64,000 nucleotides of DNA from Candidatus Bathyarchaeota archaeon (lineage in GTDB: Archaea > Thermoproteota > Bathyarchaeia > Bathyarchaeales > Bathycorpusculaceae). Each line of letters starts with the position of its first letter. Within the stretch, counting starts at the first letter, position 1. A program made the translations under genes and the position numbers. Below, one piece after another: positions 20,529 to 32,285 of this stretch. The stretch spans positions 1 through 64,000 of the forward strand of contig CAWDYC010000010.1 of assembly GCA_963806535.1 (NCBI GenBank), given 5' to 3'. The notes beneath the pieces are model-generated. The model did no database searches, was not told where the DNA came from, and was given only the letters and a program-made list of their open reading frames with translations.

Positions 20529-21362
20529 ATGAAATCTACTGGCTTAAGAAAGGATTTTCCAAGCGTCGTTGATATTGCATATGAACAATACGTCCGCGAC
20601 CTATCACGTTACAAACAAGTCAAGGATATCATGAGTACGAACGTAATCACCATATCTCCGGAAGCATCCATGGATCAAGCTGCTGACATCATGGGTGAGA
20701 ACCACATTGGAAGCCTTATTGTCTCTAAGTATAACACGCCTGTGGGCATAGTGACCGAGAGGGACTTTTTGAGCAAGGTTTTAGCGTACGAGAAAATCCC
20801 TAAAGACACAAGAGTTGAGGCAGTAATGTCATATCCACTAATTACTATTGCTTCGACAGCTAAAATAAAGGAAGCCGCCAGGTTAATGATGAGTAAAAAA
20901 AGCCGGCTTGCAGTGTTTGACAGCGGAAGGATTGTGGGAGTTGTCACCGCCTCAGATCTTATCAGGAGTTTGCCTGATGTTCCGGAAACCGAAGCTAAAG
21001 TTGACGATTTCATGACTAAAGAAATCGTAACTGCAGACGAAAAAACACCCGTAAACGAAATAATCAAACTCATGAGCGAGAACCACATCGGCAGCGTAAT
21101 AGTAACCACCCAAGGAGAACACTTTGGAATTTTCACAGAAAGAGACTTACTGAGCACTTTCTTGCTTAAAAGTAAACCGCTAACTGCCGAAGTAGGCAGA
21201 GAAAGCTCATCGCCCTTGATAACTACCGTTGCAGGAACAAGTATTCACAGGGCTGCTGCCCTGATGGCTTTAAAACACATTAGAAGATTACCCATCGCCG
21301 CAGAAGACAAGCTCATGGGAATTATTACAGCACGAGACCTGGTAGAAGTATACGCGAAATAA
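20529..21362 (+). CDS. Tandem CBS-domain protein (4 CBS)
   Basis: Repeated HIGSLIV/GIVTERD motifs; start uncertain. Confidence 0.88.
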   Translation: MKSTGLRKDFPSVVDIAYEQYVRDLSRYKQVKDIMSTNVITISPEASMDQAADIMGENHIGSLIVSKYNTPVGIVTERDFLSKVLAYEKIPKDTRVEAVMSYPLITIASTAKIKEAARLMMSKKSRLAVFDSGRIVGVVTASDLIRSLPDVPETEAKVDDFMTKEIVTADEKTPVNEIIKLMSENHIGSVIVTTQGEHFGIFTERDLLSTFLLKSKPLTAEVGRESSSPLITTVAGTSIHRAAALMALKHIRRLPIAAEDKLMGIITARDLVEVYAK

Positions 21363-21399
21363 CACAATTTCCTTACCTCAGCAAACAAATGAATTCACT

Positions 21400-21780
21400 T
21401 CTTTCTGTGACGTTCTGGACGCATGGAGACGTTGCGTGACAGGTAGAGACAGAGCGAGACGGGCAGAGACGCAAAAAGACGCAACCTGCAACCAAATCAA
21501 GCTTCAGAACAGGAAAGCAACTTGAAAAATAAAGAACAAAAATGGGGAAAATCTGTTTTCTGTTTGCGCGGGTTTGCTTGTATTTGCTTCTATGTGCTTG
21601 CTTCTGCATGCTTTTGCTTAGGCTTGCTTCTGTGTACGCAGCCTGCAAACAAAACAATCTCTGAATAAAAAAAGCAACTTAAACCAACCTGAACAAGATT
21701 TGCCGAAATGAAACATCAACAGCTAAATCCAATTCTCGTAGGCTTCTGGTTAAAATAAAGAATGGCTTTTATAATCATTA
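21400..21780 (+). repeat. Phased-array/core element R8 (two units)
   Basis: GAC ends every 10 bp at 21420-21480, then core; TGC ends every 10 bp at 21567-21627, then core CGCAGCCTGCAAAC. Confidence 0.92.
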
Positions 21781-21803
21781 GATAGACTTAAGGCAGAACA
21801 TAG

Positions 21804-23073
21804 TTGACTTTAGACTATATCTGCAGAAAATGCAATAAAAACTATTCGAACCAAGAGTATGAGCAGAGCCGCTTTTGCACTGTTTGTGGTTCTTTTTTGT
21901 TGCGGAATTTTAAAGATGATCGGTATGCTCAGATGTTGGCTCAGAAAGCTTTTGGCAATCAAGCATCCGCGTCTAAACCTGATGGTTCTTCTAAAGAAAA
22001 AATCGCTCTCACCAGAGCAGCAGAAAGCCTCAGCGAAAGAATAGCTCATTCAAGAGAGTATGAGGTTGTTTCTGAAACCGCTAAGGCGGAGTCGCCGAAA
22101 AAACCGGTTTTTGAAAGTTGGATTTGGAGTTCCGAGTACAATGACGCGTTGTTCCTCGAAAACGAATTGATTAAACAATATCAGGGCAAGAGTCTTGAAG
22201 ATGCCATATCTGGTAGAGTAGTTTCAAATGAGCAAGGTGAATGCTATTCTATCTCGGCTTCTTGCAACTCTGACTTTAAATTGGTGCCTTACGGCGAAAG
22301 CAGACAACATATCATCTCTGACCTAAAGGTTCTGTCTGGAATAGGACCGGTGAGTGAACAATCACTAAAGCAAAAGGGTTTCAATACAGTGGAAGATTTG
22401 GAGCGTCATTCCCGCTGGAGAAAGCAAGCCCTCGACTTCATGCAACTGATCGATAAAAAAGACGTTGACTCGATGCAGAAATGGCTATGGCAACGACTCC
22501 CAAAATCCCACCCGCTACTTCACTATTTAGCCGGATTCTGCCAAGACCAAGACTTCGCCATCGTGGACATTGAAACTTTGGGTCTCTCAGAGCGTCCCAT
22601 AATTCTGTTGGGCATAGCTAAGCCAACCAAAACTCATGTTTGTACAAGCCAGTTTTTGCTAAGAGATATTGGGGATGAACCCAGCGCCATCTGGGCTCTT
22701 ATTTCTCAGCTTGAACCCGAACTTGTCGCTCATTACTTATAATGGCAGAAGCTTTGATATTCCATATATTAAGCAGAGATTGGCTTACTATGGATTGGAT
22801 GCGCCGCTGGATAATCCGCATTTTGATGTTCTCCACTTCACACGCCGGGCGCTACGCCATAAACTGTCAGATTGCAAACTGGAAACCGTAGAAAAATACA
22901 TTGGAATAAAACGAGACATCAACATTCCAGGAGCTTTAGTTCCCCACTTCTACGATACTTACCTGAAAACAAAAAATGCGGGACCACTCGTCGCAATAGT
23001 TGAGCACAACAGACAAGACCTGCTAACCCTTGGCACCTTATTCTCCAAACTATATGAGGAATGGAATCTTTGA
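21804..23073 (+). CDS. YprB/MrfB-like RNase_H_2 exonuclease with N-terminal Zn ribbon (frameshift ~22730)
   Basis: [24 protein letters not shown]; HhH-like LSGIGP; two overlapping ORFs. Confidence 0.85.
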
Positions 23074-25347
23074 TAGACGACTTCATCCAAAGCATAAAAC
23101 ACATGCAAGGCTACAAAAAACAGATAGTTCACATTCAAGAAATTCCTCCGCAAGAAGCGTGCTTTGGAGAGCTGGAAAAATCTCTGCCTGAAAACATCCA
23201 AAATTGCCTATTGAATCGAGATATCCATCTTTATTCGCATCAGGCTGAAGCGATAAACCAAGCTCGCGCGGGCAAGAACGTGGTGATTGTCACTCCGACC
23301 GCTTCAGGAAAAACCTTAGCCTTCAACATTCCAGTACTTGAAGCTCTCACAAAAGACCCCAAAGCAACTGCACTTTATCTTTACCCGACGAAGGCGCTGA
23401 CAAATGATCAACTCAAAGTTCTTAGAGAATTAGAAAAAGAAACAGGCATCGAAGCTTTCCCTAATGTATACGATGGTGATACTCCTCAAAGTCAAAGGGC
23501 AAGCATACGCGAAAACAGCAAAATCATCCTAAGCAACCCATATGGGCTTCACCAGTATCTTCCGTGGCACTATAAGTGGCGAAGCTTTCTTGCAAACCTC
23601 AAATTCATCATAATCGATGAAGCCCACGTTTACCGAGGAGTATTCGGCTCCAACGTGGCCATGCTTCTAAGACGGCTTATGAGAATATGCAATTATTACC
23701 ATGCAGACCCACAAATCATCCTTTCATCAGCCACCATCGCAAACCCAGAAGAGCACGCTAAGAAACTAACGGGAAAAGACTTCGAAATCATCTCAAATGA
23801 CGGCGCTCCCAGAGGAAAAAAATCATTCCTATTCTGGAATCCCCCATTCATCGACAGCACCAACACCACTCGCCGATCTACTCATCAAGAAACCAAAGAC
23901 CTCCTAACCCTTAGCATCACAAAAAACCTCCAAACACTCTGTTTCACCACTTCAAGACAAATGGCTGAACTTATCACAAGATGGACAAGAGAAGAACTCA
24001 AAAGAAGATCACCAAAGCTGGCCAATTCAGTTACCGCATATAGAGCAGGCTATCTACCTCAAGAACGCCGGGAAATAGAGAATCGACTAAAAACAAAAAA
24101 CTTAATCGGAGTTGTCTCAACAAACGCGCTTGAATTGGGAATTGATATTGGATCGTTGGATTCTGTGATTATTTCTGGTTATCCAGGAACGGTCATTTCC
24201 ACTTGGCAGCAAGCGGGAAGAGCAGGAAGAACCAACGCAGATTCACTTGTGACACTTGTTGCTTTTCAAAACCCGCTCGACCAGTACTTCATGAAGCACC
24301 CCGATGACTTCTTTGGTAGACCGCATGAACAAGCCATAATTGATCTGCATAACCGCTACATCTCCTTGGGACACATTATGTGTGCAGCAAGCGAATTGCC
24401 CCTAACAGAGGCGGACAAAAAATATTTCCCAGAACTATTCCAAGAGAGCATCCAAGCACTTGAACAACAGAATCTTGGTTCGTAAAACGCCAAGAGGATA
24501 CGTGTATTCGGGCACGGCAAGGCCTGTTGAAGTTGTAGGTTTAGAAAGTATTTCCGACAAAACTGTCACCGTGACCTGCAACGGAAACATACTCGAAACC
24601 CTCACCTTAAACAAAGCCTACGAAGAAGCTCACGCAGGCGCAGTCTTACTGCATCAAGGCGAAACATACATCTCTGAAGAATTAGACCTCAACCAATTAA
24701 CTGCCAAAGTCAAACAGGAAAACGTCAACTACTACACAGAAGCACTAAAAACCGTCGACGTCGCCATAAAGAAAACTCTTGAAGAAAAACAAATCGGAAT
24801 CCAAGTCGGCTTAGGCGAATTAGCTACAACAGAATTCTACCACACATACATCACCAAATCATACGATGAAGTTATCGAGAGAAAACCGCTCAATCTGCCT
24901 CCATTATCCTTTTCAACAGTGGGAATGTGGTTTATTATTCCAGAAGAAATCAAAAAAGAAATCCAAGATAGAGGGCTCGATTTTGACGGAGGAATTCACG
25001 CGGCGGAACATGCGATGATTGCGATGTCGCCGATATTTGCGATGTGTGACAGATGGGACATTGGCGGATTATCAACGCCTCTTCACCCAGACACTGGGAG
25101 CGCAACCATTTTCATTTATGATGGCTTCGAAGGCGGAATCGGAATTTCAGAAAACCTCTACCAAAACATAAAACCACTTTTTGAAAAAACCCTTGAGCTA
25201 ATCGATAATTGCGAATGCAAAGACGGCTGCCCCTCATGCATCTACTCGCCAAAATGCGGAAACGAAAACAAACCCTTAGACAAAAAAGCCGCAAGCATAA
25301 TTCTAAAAAAGCTTTTAACTGCTATAAATGAACATCAACCTCAATAA
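23061..25347 (+). CDS. Hrq1/YprA/MrfA-like DEAH helicase with DUF1998 (frameshift ~24470)
   Basis: [34 protein letters not shown]-terminal [10 protein letters not shown]. Confidence 0.9.
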
Positions 25348-25361
25348 AAACAGGTGAATTC

Positions 25362-25946
25362 GTGGGTAAAACAAAGGCATCACCGAAAAATATCAAACCG
25401 CACAAGCAACTCACATTGGACAATCTGCCAATTGTAATTGCGAAAAAATCCATTATACCTATTGAGCAAAAGCAAGTAATCATAATCGAAATCCAGCAAA
25501 CCTTTAATGAGGCTGAGTTAGACCTCAAAGTTGGGTTCAAGTTGTGTCCATCAAAATCTGCGTTTTCAAAATTAAAGTTAGATTTATGGTTTGACAACCA
25601 AGAAGTCAGTTCTGGCTTAATTAGAATTCCTCAGGGTCCTTTGTCTGCTGATGAGTTAGAGTTGCCGCTTGTACTGGATATGAAGGGAATTGCTGCTGGG
25701 GGTTACCTTGTTAGGGTTGAAATGTATGAGCCGTGGGATGATGGAGAAAAGCTCTCTTTCACCCAAAAAGAGGTTATTGTGGAGTATATCCCTAAGACAC
25801 GAGAGTCCAGGCTGATAAAAATTCCAATTGTAAAAAGCTTTGGAGAACCCTCTTTAGCAGTGGTTTCCGAGTCTGACAAAAACATTTACCGTGAAATTGA
25901 AGAAACCAATAAGAAAGAATCAGACAGCAAACGAGACGAATGGTAA
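25362..25946 (+). CDS. Hypothetical protein
   Basis: 194-aa ORF, GGTGA upstream, co-oriented with the helicase. Confidence 0.7.
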   Translation: MGKTKASPKNIKPHKQLTLDNLPIVIAKKSIIPIEQKQVIIIEIQQTFNEAELDLKVGFKLCPSKSAFSKLKLDLWFDNQEVSSGLIRIPQGPLSADELELPLVLDMKGIAAGGYLVRVEMYEPWDDGEKLSFTQKEVIVEYIPKTRESRLIKIPIVKSFGEPSLAVVSESDKNIYREIEETNKKESDSKRDEW

Positions 25947-26054
25947 TTCTTCAAATTTCGTTAATTCTAAACAGCTTTGATCGAGCGGGACATTCGAAAA
26001 CTTCTTCATTTTTCCACTATTTCCTCAGTGATTGTCGAAATATCTTGATTTCAA

Positions 26055-26495
26055 TTGATTTTTTGACGAATTTTGACGTTTCTTGACGATTTTTGACGCA
26101 ACCTGCAAACGAATCAAGCTCCAAACCACGAATACAACCTGGAACACAAAGAAAAAATTTAGAAGAAGAATTGCCAAGAGATTACCTAAGCTTCATCATT
26201 GAAAGTTAAAGGCAACTTTTCTCTTCCTTTTTCTTACATTTTCTTACAGATTTTTACATTTACTTACATTTAGAGACGCAACCTGCAAACAAAACAAAGC
26301 CCAAATCAAAAAAGCAACCTAAAACACAAACAACAAACCCAGCCAAAAAAACAGTCAATAGCCTTTTGATCTAACGTTATCTTTCAAGTTAGTTCTAAAT
26401 GTCAAATAATGTAAATTCATGTCAAAAAAAGTATCAACTTGCAACCAAATTAAGCTTTAAACCAAAAAAGCAGCCCAAAACAACCTGAACAGAAT
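26055..26495 (+). repeat. Phased-array/core element R9 (three cores)
   Basis: ttgac array + core at ~26100; ttac array + core at ~26280 + tail; atgtc array + core at ~26435. Confidence 0.92.
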
Positions 26496-26534
26496 CTTCC
26501 ATTAAGGACTCCATTTTGTTCTCAGTTTCAAAAT

Positions 26535-26912
26535 TTAGTCTTCTATTGCACCTAACTTTTCTCGCACTGTAGCTATGATCTCTTCAGCTCTAACTGGTTT
26601 AACTAGAAAATCGTCAGCTCCATAATCGGCAGCTTTTTTTCCAGCCTCGTTGGTTGAGAAGCCTGTTACAATAATTTTGATTGTTTTAGGGTCATTTGGT
26701 ATTTTGAGAAGAAGTTCGGTTCCATCCATGTCAGGGAGCCTAACGTCAACTAAGCACACGTCGAACTTTGTTTTTTTTATTTTCTTGAGGGCGTCTTTGC
26801 CTGTCTCTGCAGTCTCAACTGTGTATCCTTCTTTTTCCAAGATTCTTCTAAAAACTCTCAGAATATTAACATCGTCATCTACTGCAAGAATTCGCTTTTT
26901 ACTCCAGTTCAT
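26535..26912 (-). CDS. Stand-alone response regulator receiver protein
   Basis: ILAVDDD, DVRLPDMDG, IVTG, KP. Confidence 0.92.
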   Translation of the reverse strand: MNWSKKRILAVDDDVNILRVFRRILEKEGYTVETAETGKDALKKIKKTKFDVCLVDVRLPDMDGTELLLKIPNDPKTIKIIVTGFSTNEAGKKAADYGADDFLVKPVRAEEIIATVREKLGAIED

Positions 26913-26941
26913 TTAACTTCTCCAATCAAACGTTAGCTCAT

Positions 26942-27205
26942 CTAATGAGTTAGGGGGGAATTTTGCATATGGCGAGAAAAATGGCCCGGCGAAACTTTTT
27001 GGCTTCTTTTTTCCCAATCTTTTCTTAACAAGGCTAATACTTCAGCATTAGTTATTCCAAAAGGGAGAAAATCCTTGTGGAAGAGTTCAAAATGGGATCG
27101 TACCCGGATTATGGCATCTACCTCATTGCTTAAGCCTTCAAATATATACCCGCAAGGGCATTGAACTTTTAGCTTTCTTTTCAAACAGTCCACTCTTTGC
27201 AACAT
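26942..27205 (-). CDS. Small hypothetical protein (CPCG..H..H Zn motif)
   Basis: QCPCGYIF..RSHFELFH. Confidence 0.6.
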   Translation of the reverse strand: MLQRVDCLKRKLKVQCPCGYIFEGLSNEVDAIIRVRSHFELFHKDFLPFGITNAEVLALLRKDWEKRSQKVSPGHFSRHMQNSPLTH

Positions 27206-27608
27206 TGTGTAATTATACTATGTTAAAATAGAATATGAACTTCAGTGACTGGGTAGCCACAGTCACAACTAACTCTGTAAGTGAGATGACAGGCTTTAGC
27301 TGCTTTGATTATTTTCTCTTTGTTCTTTCTAAAAAAACTATAAAAATGAATAGCCTCGATCATAAAATTGAAGTATTAAACAGCATATTTTTACATAATA
27401 AATAGTCTTTACAGACGAAACAGACTTTAAGGTCGAGAAGTAAATATGGAAATGGCAAAATAACGCTCCAAGCTTGAACCTAAAAATCCCTCAATTATAT
27501 CTTTGTCAAAAATGAAAGCCCAGTTTGATCTCCAGAAATCTTCGCTTCTCATGAATTGCAAAAGGGAATTTTTGGGTTAATAAAAATTGAAATAGTGAGT
27601 TAATAAAA

Positions 27609-28868
27609 ATGGTCCAGAAACTTGTTTTGGATAGCGCAAAGCACATCGGGTATTTCAGTACCTACCCCCCTAGAGAATGCGGAATTGCAAATTTCACAAA
27701 AGACTTAATTGATTCTGCATCTAAACTTGACAAGCTTAAATCTTCTATAATTGCAATAAATGAAAAAGGTGCAATTTACCCTTACGACAGCCGCGTCAAA
27801 CGGACAGTCGATCGAGACAAAATCGAAGACTATGTTAAAGCAGCTGAATACGTAAACTCGTCAAATATTCAACTATTAGTTGTTCAACATGAGTTCGGCC
27901 TCTACGGAGGCAACTACGGCGATCACATTAGACTTTTCTTAGAAAAAGTCAAAAAACCAGTTATCACCACTCTTCATACGGTGCAACCGAATTTTGAGCC
28001 AAAAGCGATTGAATCTCTAAGATACATAGTTGAAAGGAGCGAATCAATTATTGTAATTGCGAATGCCGCAATTGACATGCTAAAACAACAAGGAATCTCG
28101 TGCAAGAAATGTGTTGTTATTCCACATGGTTGCCCAAGCGTTGACCACAAAAACAACAAATCAATCAAGGAATCCCTGGGTCTAAAGGGGCGTCTGGTTG
28201 CTTCCACTTTCGGGTTAATAAGCAGCGGTAAAGGAATCGAATACGCAATTCAAGCTCTTCCTGAGGTTATTAAGAATGAACCGCGAATAATTTATCTCAT
28301 CATTGGAGAAACTCACCCTGAAGTCAGAAGAAATGAGGGTGAAAAATACCGAAATAAGTTAACCATGCTTGTTAATGAACTCGGATTGGAAGAACACGTC
28401 AAATTTACGAACAGATTTGTTACCAAAAGTGAACTAATAGATTTTCTTAAAGCAACCGACATATATTTGACTCCTTATATTTCCCCCAACCAAATCAGCA
28501 GTGGCACCCTCATATATGCTCTTGGCGCCGGAAAAGCTGTCGTTTCTACTCCCTATTACCACGCCCAAGAAGTCCTGGCCAATGAGAGAGGAATACTCTG
28601 CAAATTCGAAGATTCCGCATCAATTGCAGCAGGCATAAACAGGCTTTTGGACGAAAAATTCCGTAATGAGCTTCAAAAGAGAGCTTACAAATACAGTAGA
28701 CGCTTCCTGTGGAAAAATGTGGCAAGAAAATATGTAAACCTAATAAAATCTATAACTGAAAATAGCGAGGTAGACCAAGTTGATAACTTTTCCAATAAAA
28801 CTAGATTTTGTGCGAGCACTGACAGACGACGTGGGAATGCTCCAGCACTCGAAATACGCAACTCCTAA
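27609..28868 (+). CDS. GT4 glycosyltransferase
   Basis: STYPPRECGIANFT, QHEFGLYGG, IPHG, GKGIE, SSGTLIYALG; true C-terminus uncertain. Confidence 0.9.
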   Translation: MVQKLVLDSAKHIGYFSTYPPRECGIANFTKDLIDSASKLDKLKSSIIAINEKGAIYPYDSRVKRTVDRDKIEDYVKAAEYVNSSNIQLLVVQHEFGLYGGNYGDHIRLFLEKVKKPVITTLHTVQPNFEPKAIESLRYIVERSESIIVIANAAIDMLKQQGISCKKCVVIPHGCPSVDHKNNKSIKESLGLKGRLVASTFGLISSGKGIEYAIQALPEVIKNEPRIIYLIIGETHPEVRRNEGEKYRNKLTMLVNELGLEEHVKFTNRFVTKSELIDFLKATDIYLTPYISPNQISSGTLIYALGAGKAVVSTPYYHAQEVLANERGILCKFEDSASIAAGINRLLDEKFRNELQKRAYKYSRRFLWKNVARKYVNLIKSITENSEVDQVDNFSNKTRFCASTDRRRGNAPALEIRNS

Positions 28869-29808
28869 TAAAAAAGAAGGATACACAACAGATGACAACG
28901 CAAGAGCTTTAATTGCATGTACAAATTACTTCATGTTGTTTAATGATACAAGCGTTAAGAAATTAATTGATACTTACTTATGCTTTTTGTTCTATATGCA
29001 GAGATCTGACGGCAAAATGCACAACTACATAGGCTATGACCGAGCGCTTTTAGACGAAACAAGCTCTGAGGATTGCATGGGTCGGACGATCTGGGCATGT
29101 GGGTATTGTTTGAGCTCAAAATTGCCAGAAGAAAAAAGAATGGTCTCTAAAGAGATTTTTGACAAACTTTTCAAATGGTCTCCCAGTTTAATATCTCCAC
29201 GCGCAAAAGCATACTCAATTATGGGATTGTTTCATTACCAGAAAGCCTATCCAGAGGACCAAAATGTCAAATTAAACATCGTTACACTCGCGGATCAGCT
29301 GACTGAGCAATTTGAACTGGAATCCTCCGAAGGATGGGATTGGTTTGAATCATATCTAACCTACTCAAATGCAAGACTTCCCCATTCACTTTTCCTAGCC
29401 TACGAAGCCACTGGAAAAAAATGTTACCTCCAAGTTGCCTCCAAATCCATGAAGTTTCTAATAAATACTCAAACAATAAACAAAATGTTCGTACCTATAG
29501 GCAACCGTGGCTGGTATAAAAAAGGATCTGAGAGGGCAATGTATGATCAACAATCCGTTGAAGCATCATGCACGACAGAAGCCGCAATCGCTGCTTTCAG
29601 AAACACCCACGAAGAAGCCTACCTCAAAGCAGCATACGTCGCCTTTAAATGGTTCTTTGGAGGGAACACGAAAGGCGTAAATTTGTACGACCCAGAAAAC
29701 GGGAGTTGCTGCGACGGCATAACTCCCCAAGGACTAAATCTAAACAAAGGCGCCGAAGCCACCATATCTTACCTTCAAGCCCGCCTAAACTTAGAAGAAA
29801 TAAAATAA
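28780..29808 (+). CDS. (alpha/alpha)6-type domain protein that usually accompanies this GT4
   Basis: LTDDVGMLQH, GYTTDDNARAL, WFE..LTYSNA, DQQ.VE, CCDG..NKGAE. Confidence 0.85.
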   Translation: MITFPIKLDFVRALTDDVGMLQHSKYATPNKKEGYTTDDNARALIACTNYFMLFNDTSVKKLIDTYLCFLFYMQRSDGKMHNYIGYDRALLDETSSEDCMGRTIWACGYCLSSKLPEEKRMVSKEIFDKLFKWSPSLISPRAKAYSIMGLFHYQKAYPEDQNVKLNIVTLADQLTEQFELESSEGWDWFESYLTYSNARLPHSLFLAYEATGKKCYLQVASKSMKFLINTQTINKMFVPIGNRGWYKKGSERAMYDQQSVEASCTTEAAIAAFRNTHEEAYLKAAYVAFKWFFGGNTKGVNLYDPENGSCCDGITPQGLNLNKGAEATISYLQARLNLEEIK

Positions 29809-29933
29809 ACTACGATAAATTAAAGACAGCATTAAGACTATTTCCAAATGTGCTAGTTGGAAATTCTTAAATTTTACACAAATCTATATAATTATTATTC
29901 TAAAATTCGGATTAAAACTGGAGATTTAATTAT

Positions 29934-30308
29934 ATGATGACTCGCGACTTAATGTTAAAAGACGTAGTTACCACTTGCGGAAACGTCCCAGTAAAGGAGG
30001 CAATTGAGCTCCTTTTCAAAAGACATATTGGTTCTATTGTGGTTGTCGACGATACCGAGAAATGCGTTGGTATTTTTACGGAACGTGATGCCATAAGAGT
30101 CGTTGCGCAAAATGTTCCCTTAGATGCCCCTGTAGAAAAAGTAATGACTAAAAACCCTTTTACAATTAATGAAGATTCGACTTTTGATGAAGCAAAGTAT
30201 GTCATCAAATCCGCTAAGATTCGTCATCTGCCTGTGATTGACGCAAATGGAAAAATAGTTGGACTGATATCCGTCAGAGCCATATTAGATGAGCTGAGCG
30301 GTTTGTAA
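29934..30308 (+). CDS. CBS-pair protein
   Basis: HIGSIVV, GIFTERD, IRHLPV. Confidence 0.9.
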   Translation: MMTRDLMLKDVVTTCGNVPVKEAIELLFKRHIGSIVVVDDTEKCVGIFTERDAIRVVAQNVPLDAPVEKVMTKNPFTINEDSTFDEAKYVIKSAKIRHLPVIDANGKIVGLISVRAILDELSGL

Positions 30309-30344
30309 CTGCAAAAAATAAGAACAACTTGAGAGAGAACGTAA

Positions 30345-31238
30345 ATGAAAAGGTACTTGCATAATCCTATACTTGAGCCGATTGGCACACATTCTTGGGA
30401 ATCAAGCTTGGTCTTCAACGCAGCAGCTTTTGCCGGTAACAATCGCGTCCACCTTCTTTACAGAGCAATGGGCACAGATAATATTTCACGCATAGGCTTA
30501 GCATCGTCTTCAGATGGGTATAACATAGATGAGCGTTTACCGCTTCCAGTTTTCAGCCCTTCAAATGATATAGAAAGCCAAGGTTGCGAAGATCCGAGAT
30601 TAAGTCTATTTGATAATTCACTGATTATGGCATATACAGCTTATGGAATCCATTCACAACATCAAGTCTACCAAATTGCAATAACATCCATAAATGTGGA
30701 CGATTTTTTAGCTAGAAGGTGGCAATGGGGTGAAAGGATCTTAACTTTTCCAGGAATACACAATAAAGATGCGGTGATATTTCCTAGGAAGTTCAACGGT
30801 GAGTATGTGATGTTTCACCGATTAGAACCTGACCTTTGTATTGCACGCTCTAATGATCTGCACCGTTGGTATGGCCTAAAATACGTTTTTGGTCCACGAG
30901 AGGGCGGCTGGGATTCCTGGAAAGTAGGTGCTGCAGGACCTCCTATTTTGGTAAATGAAGGATGGCTTTTAATTTATCATGGAGTGAATATGGACAAAGT
31001 TTACTCCCTAGGCGTTGCGCTTTTGGATAAAAATGACCCCGAGCAAGTTCTATACCGCTCCGAAGAGCCAATTTTGACGCCGACAGAAGATTATGAACGC
31101 TACGGAAAGGTTCCCAATGTAGTTTTCAGTTGTGGGCAAGTTATGATGGATGGTCAACTTCTAATCTACTATGGAGGCGCCGACAGCTCGTTATGTGTGG
31201 CAACTGTTGAGCTTGCCGAACTTTTGCCAAAAAAGTAG
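30345..31238 (+). CDS. GH130 mannoside phosphorylase/glycosidase
   Basis: VFNAAA, GCEDPR, NKDAVIFP, WLLIYHGV, VPNVVF, YYGGAD. Confidence 0.9.
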   Translation: MKRYLHNPILEPIGTHSWESSLVFNAAAFAGNNRVHLLYRAMGTDNISRIGLASSSDGYNIDERLPLPVFSPSNDIESQGCEDPRLSLFDNSLIMAYTAYGIHSQHQVYQIAITSINVDDFLARRWQWGERILTFPGIHNKDAVIFPRKFNGEYVMFHRLEPDLCIARSNDLHRWYGLKYVFGPREGGWDSWKVGAAGPPILVNEGWLLIYHGVNMDKVYSLGVALLDKNDPEQVLYRSEEPILTPTEDYERYGKVPNVVFSCGQVMMDGQLLIYYGGADSSLCVATVELAELLPKK

Positions 31239-31460
31239 AAGTACACAGCCTTCAAAAAATTCAAACCCTGAATAAGAAAACAACTTTAAATAATCTGAAC
31301 AAAAATGGCGATGGAGGCATTTACCCATCCTGAGATGTGAGCCTTGCGCGATTACAAAGGATGCATTGGATAGAGCGATGAAGCTGTAGCTGTTTATTCC
31401 CAGTCACACATCTTAAAATAAGCCTGCGGGTTAAATGTGAAATAGAGAAAGTGAAAAACA

Positions 31461-32240
31461 ATGACAGGGAAAACCCTAATAGTTTTTTCGACAATAAGCG
31501 GATTAAACGATGAAGTAGCACATGTCATAGCTGATGCCCTTAAGTCAACCTACAACATGGATACAACAGTCGCAGATCTTAGACAAGGTCCACCAGACAT
31601 TACACCATTCCAAAACATTATTGTTGGAGGTGGCGACAGTGGAAAAAACGTTTACAATGAAGCTGTGGATTTTTTGGAAAAGAACTTTGAAGGCAAAACT
31701 GTTGCGCTCTATTTCTGTTGCGAGGGTGGTGAAAACCCTAAAGCTGAAATTACTGAAGCTAACCAAAAAAAATTACTGGCCAAAAACCAGTCTCTCAAGC
31801 CGATTGACGTTACTGCCTTTGGAGGCTGCATGATTAGGCAAGGAAGAACCTTTATGGACGATCTTAACATGGCTAGGGTGAAGGAATGGGCGATAGAGCT
31901 GGGAAACAAGTTTAATACTCTATCTCAACCGCTAAACCTCCTCAACCCAGTTCCCTTCGAAAAAGCCTTTCAATTTTTCACAGAACTCGGAAAAAACACT
32001 GGAATAACTGCAAGCAGCATGATCGAGTTCAACGAAAAACTCCAAACAATACCAATTGAGTCTGTCACGTTTCATTTTCAACGCCAAGATTTTCAAAGAT
32101 GGTTCAAAAACACTATCGGCGATGAAGAAATAGCCAAGAAAATTGACCAGATTAATGTGTGGGTCCACGACGATGAAAATTTGAGAAAAGAGCTATCCGA
32201 AACGGTTCAAAATCGAATTGCCGAATTAATGAAATCTTAA
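31461..32240 (+). CDS. Flavodoxin-like domain fused to DUF5752
   Basis: N-terminal flavodoxin_5-like fold with degenerate FMN loop; C-terminal FQFF..G..A.S..FHFQRQDFQRW..IGD. Confidence 0.75.
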   Translation: MTGKTLIVFSTISGLNDEVAHVIADALKSTYNMDTTVADLRQGPPDITPFQNIIVGGGDSGKNVYNEAVDFLEKNFEGKTVALYFCCEGGENPKAEITEANQKKLLAKNQSLKPIDVTAFGGCMIRQGRTFMDDLNMARVKEWAIELGNKFNTLSQPLNLLNPVPFEKAFQFFTELGKNTGITASSMIEFNEKLQTIPIESVTFHFQRQDFQRWFKNTIGDEEIAKKIDQINVWVHDDENLRKELSETVQNRIAELMKS

Positions 32241-32285
32241 CAAGCAGTTTTACCAGTCTATCTCCGTTATTGCGAGATGAGTTAG

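Noticed and set aside
6498-21657. Short ORFs overlapping element copies (6498-6792, 9560-9842, 12764-12983, 13857-14223, 19166-19429, 21373-21657; also 35142-35375, 40638-40964, 55508-55852)
   Set aside because: Their similar Cys/Phe-rich or Lys/Gln-rich peptides are translations of the repeat. Frames, starts and lengths are not conserved between copies.
19110-26495. Tandem element units as a CRISPR array
   Set aside because: No identical 25-40-bp repeats with uniform unique spacers, and no cas genes.
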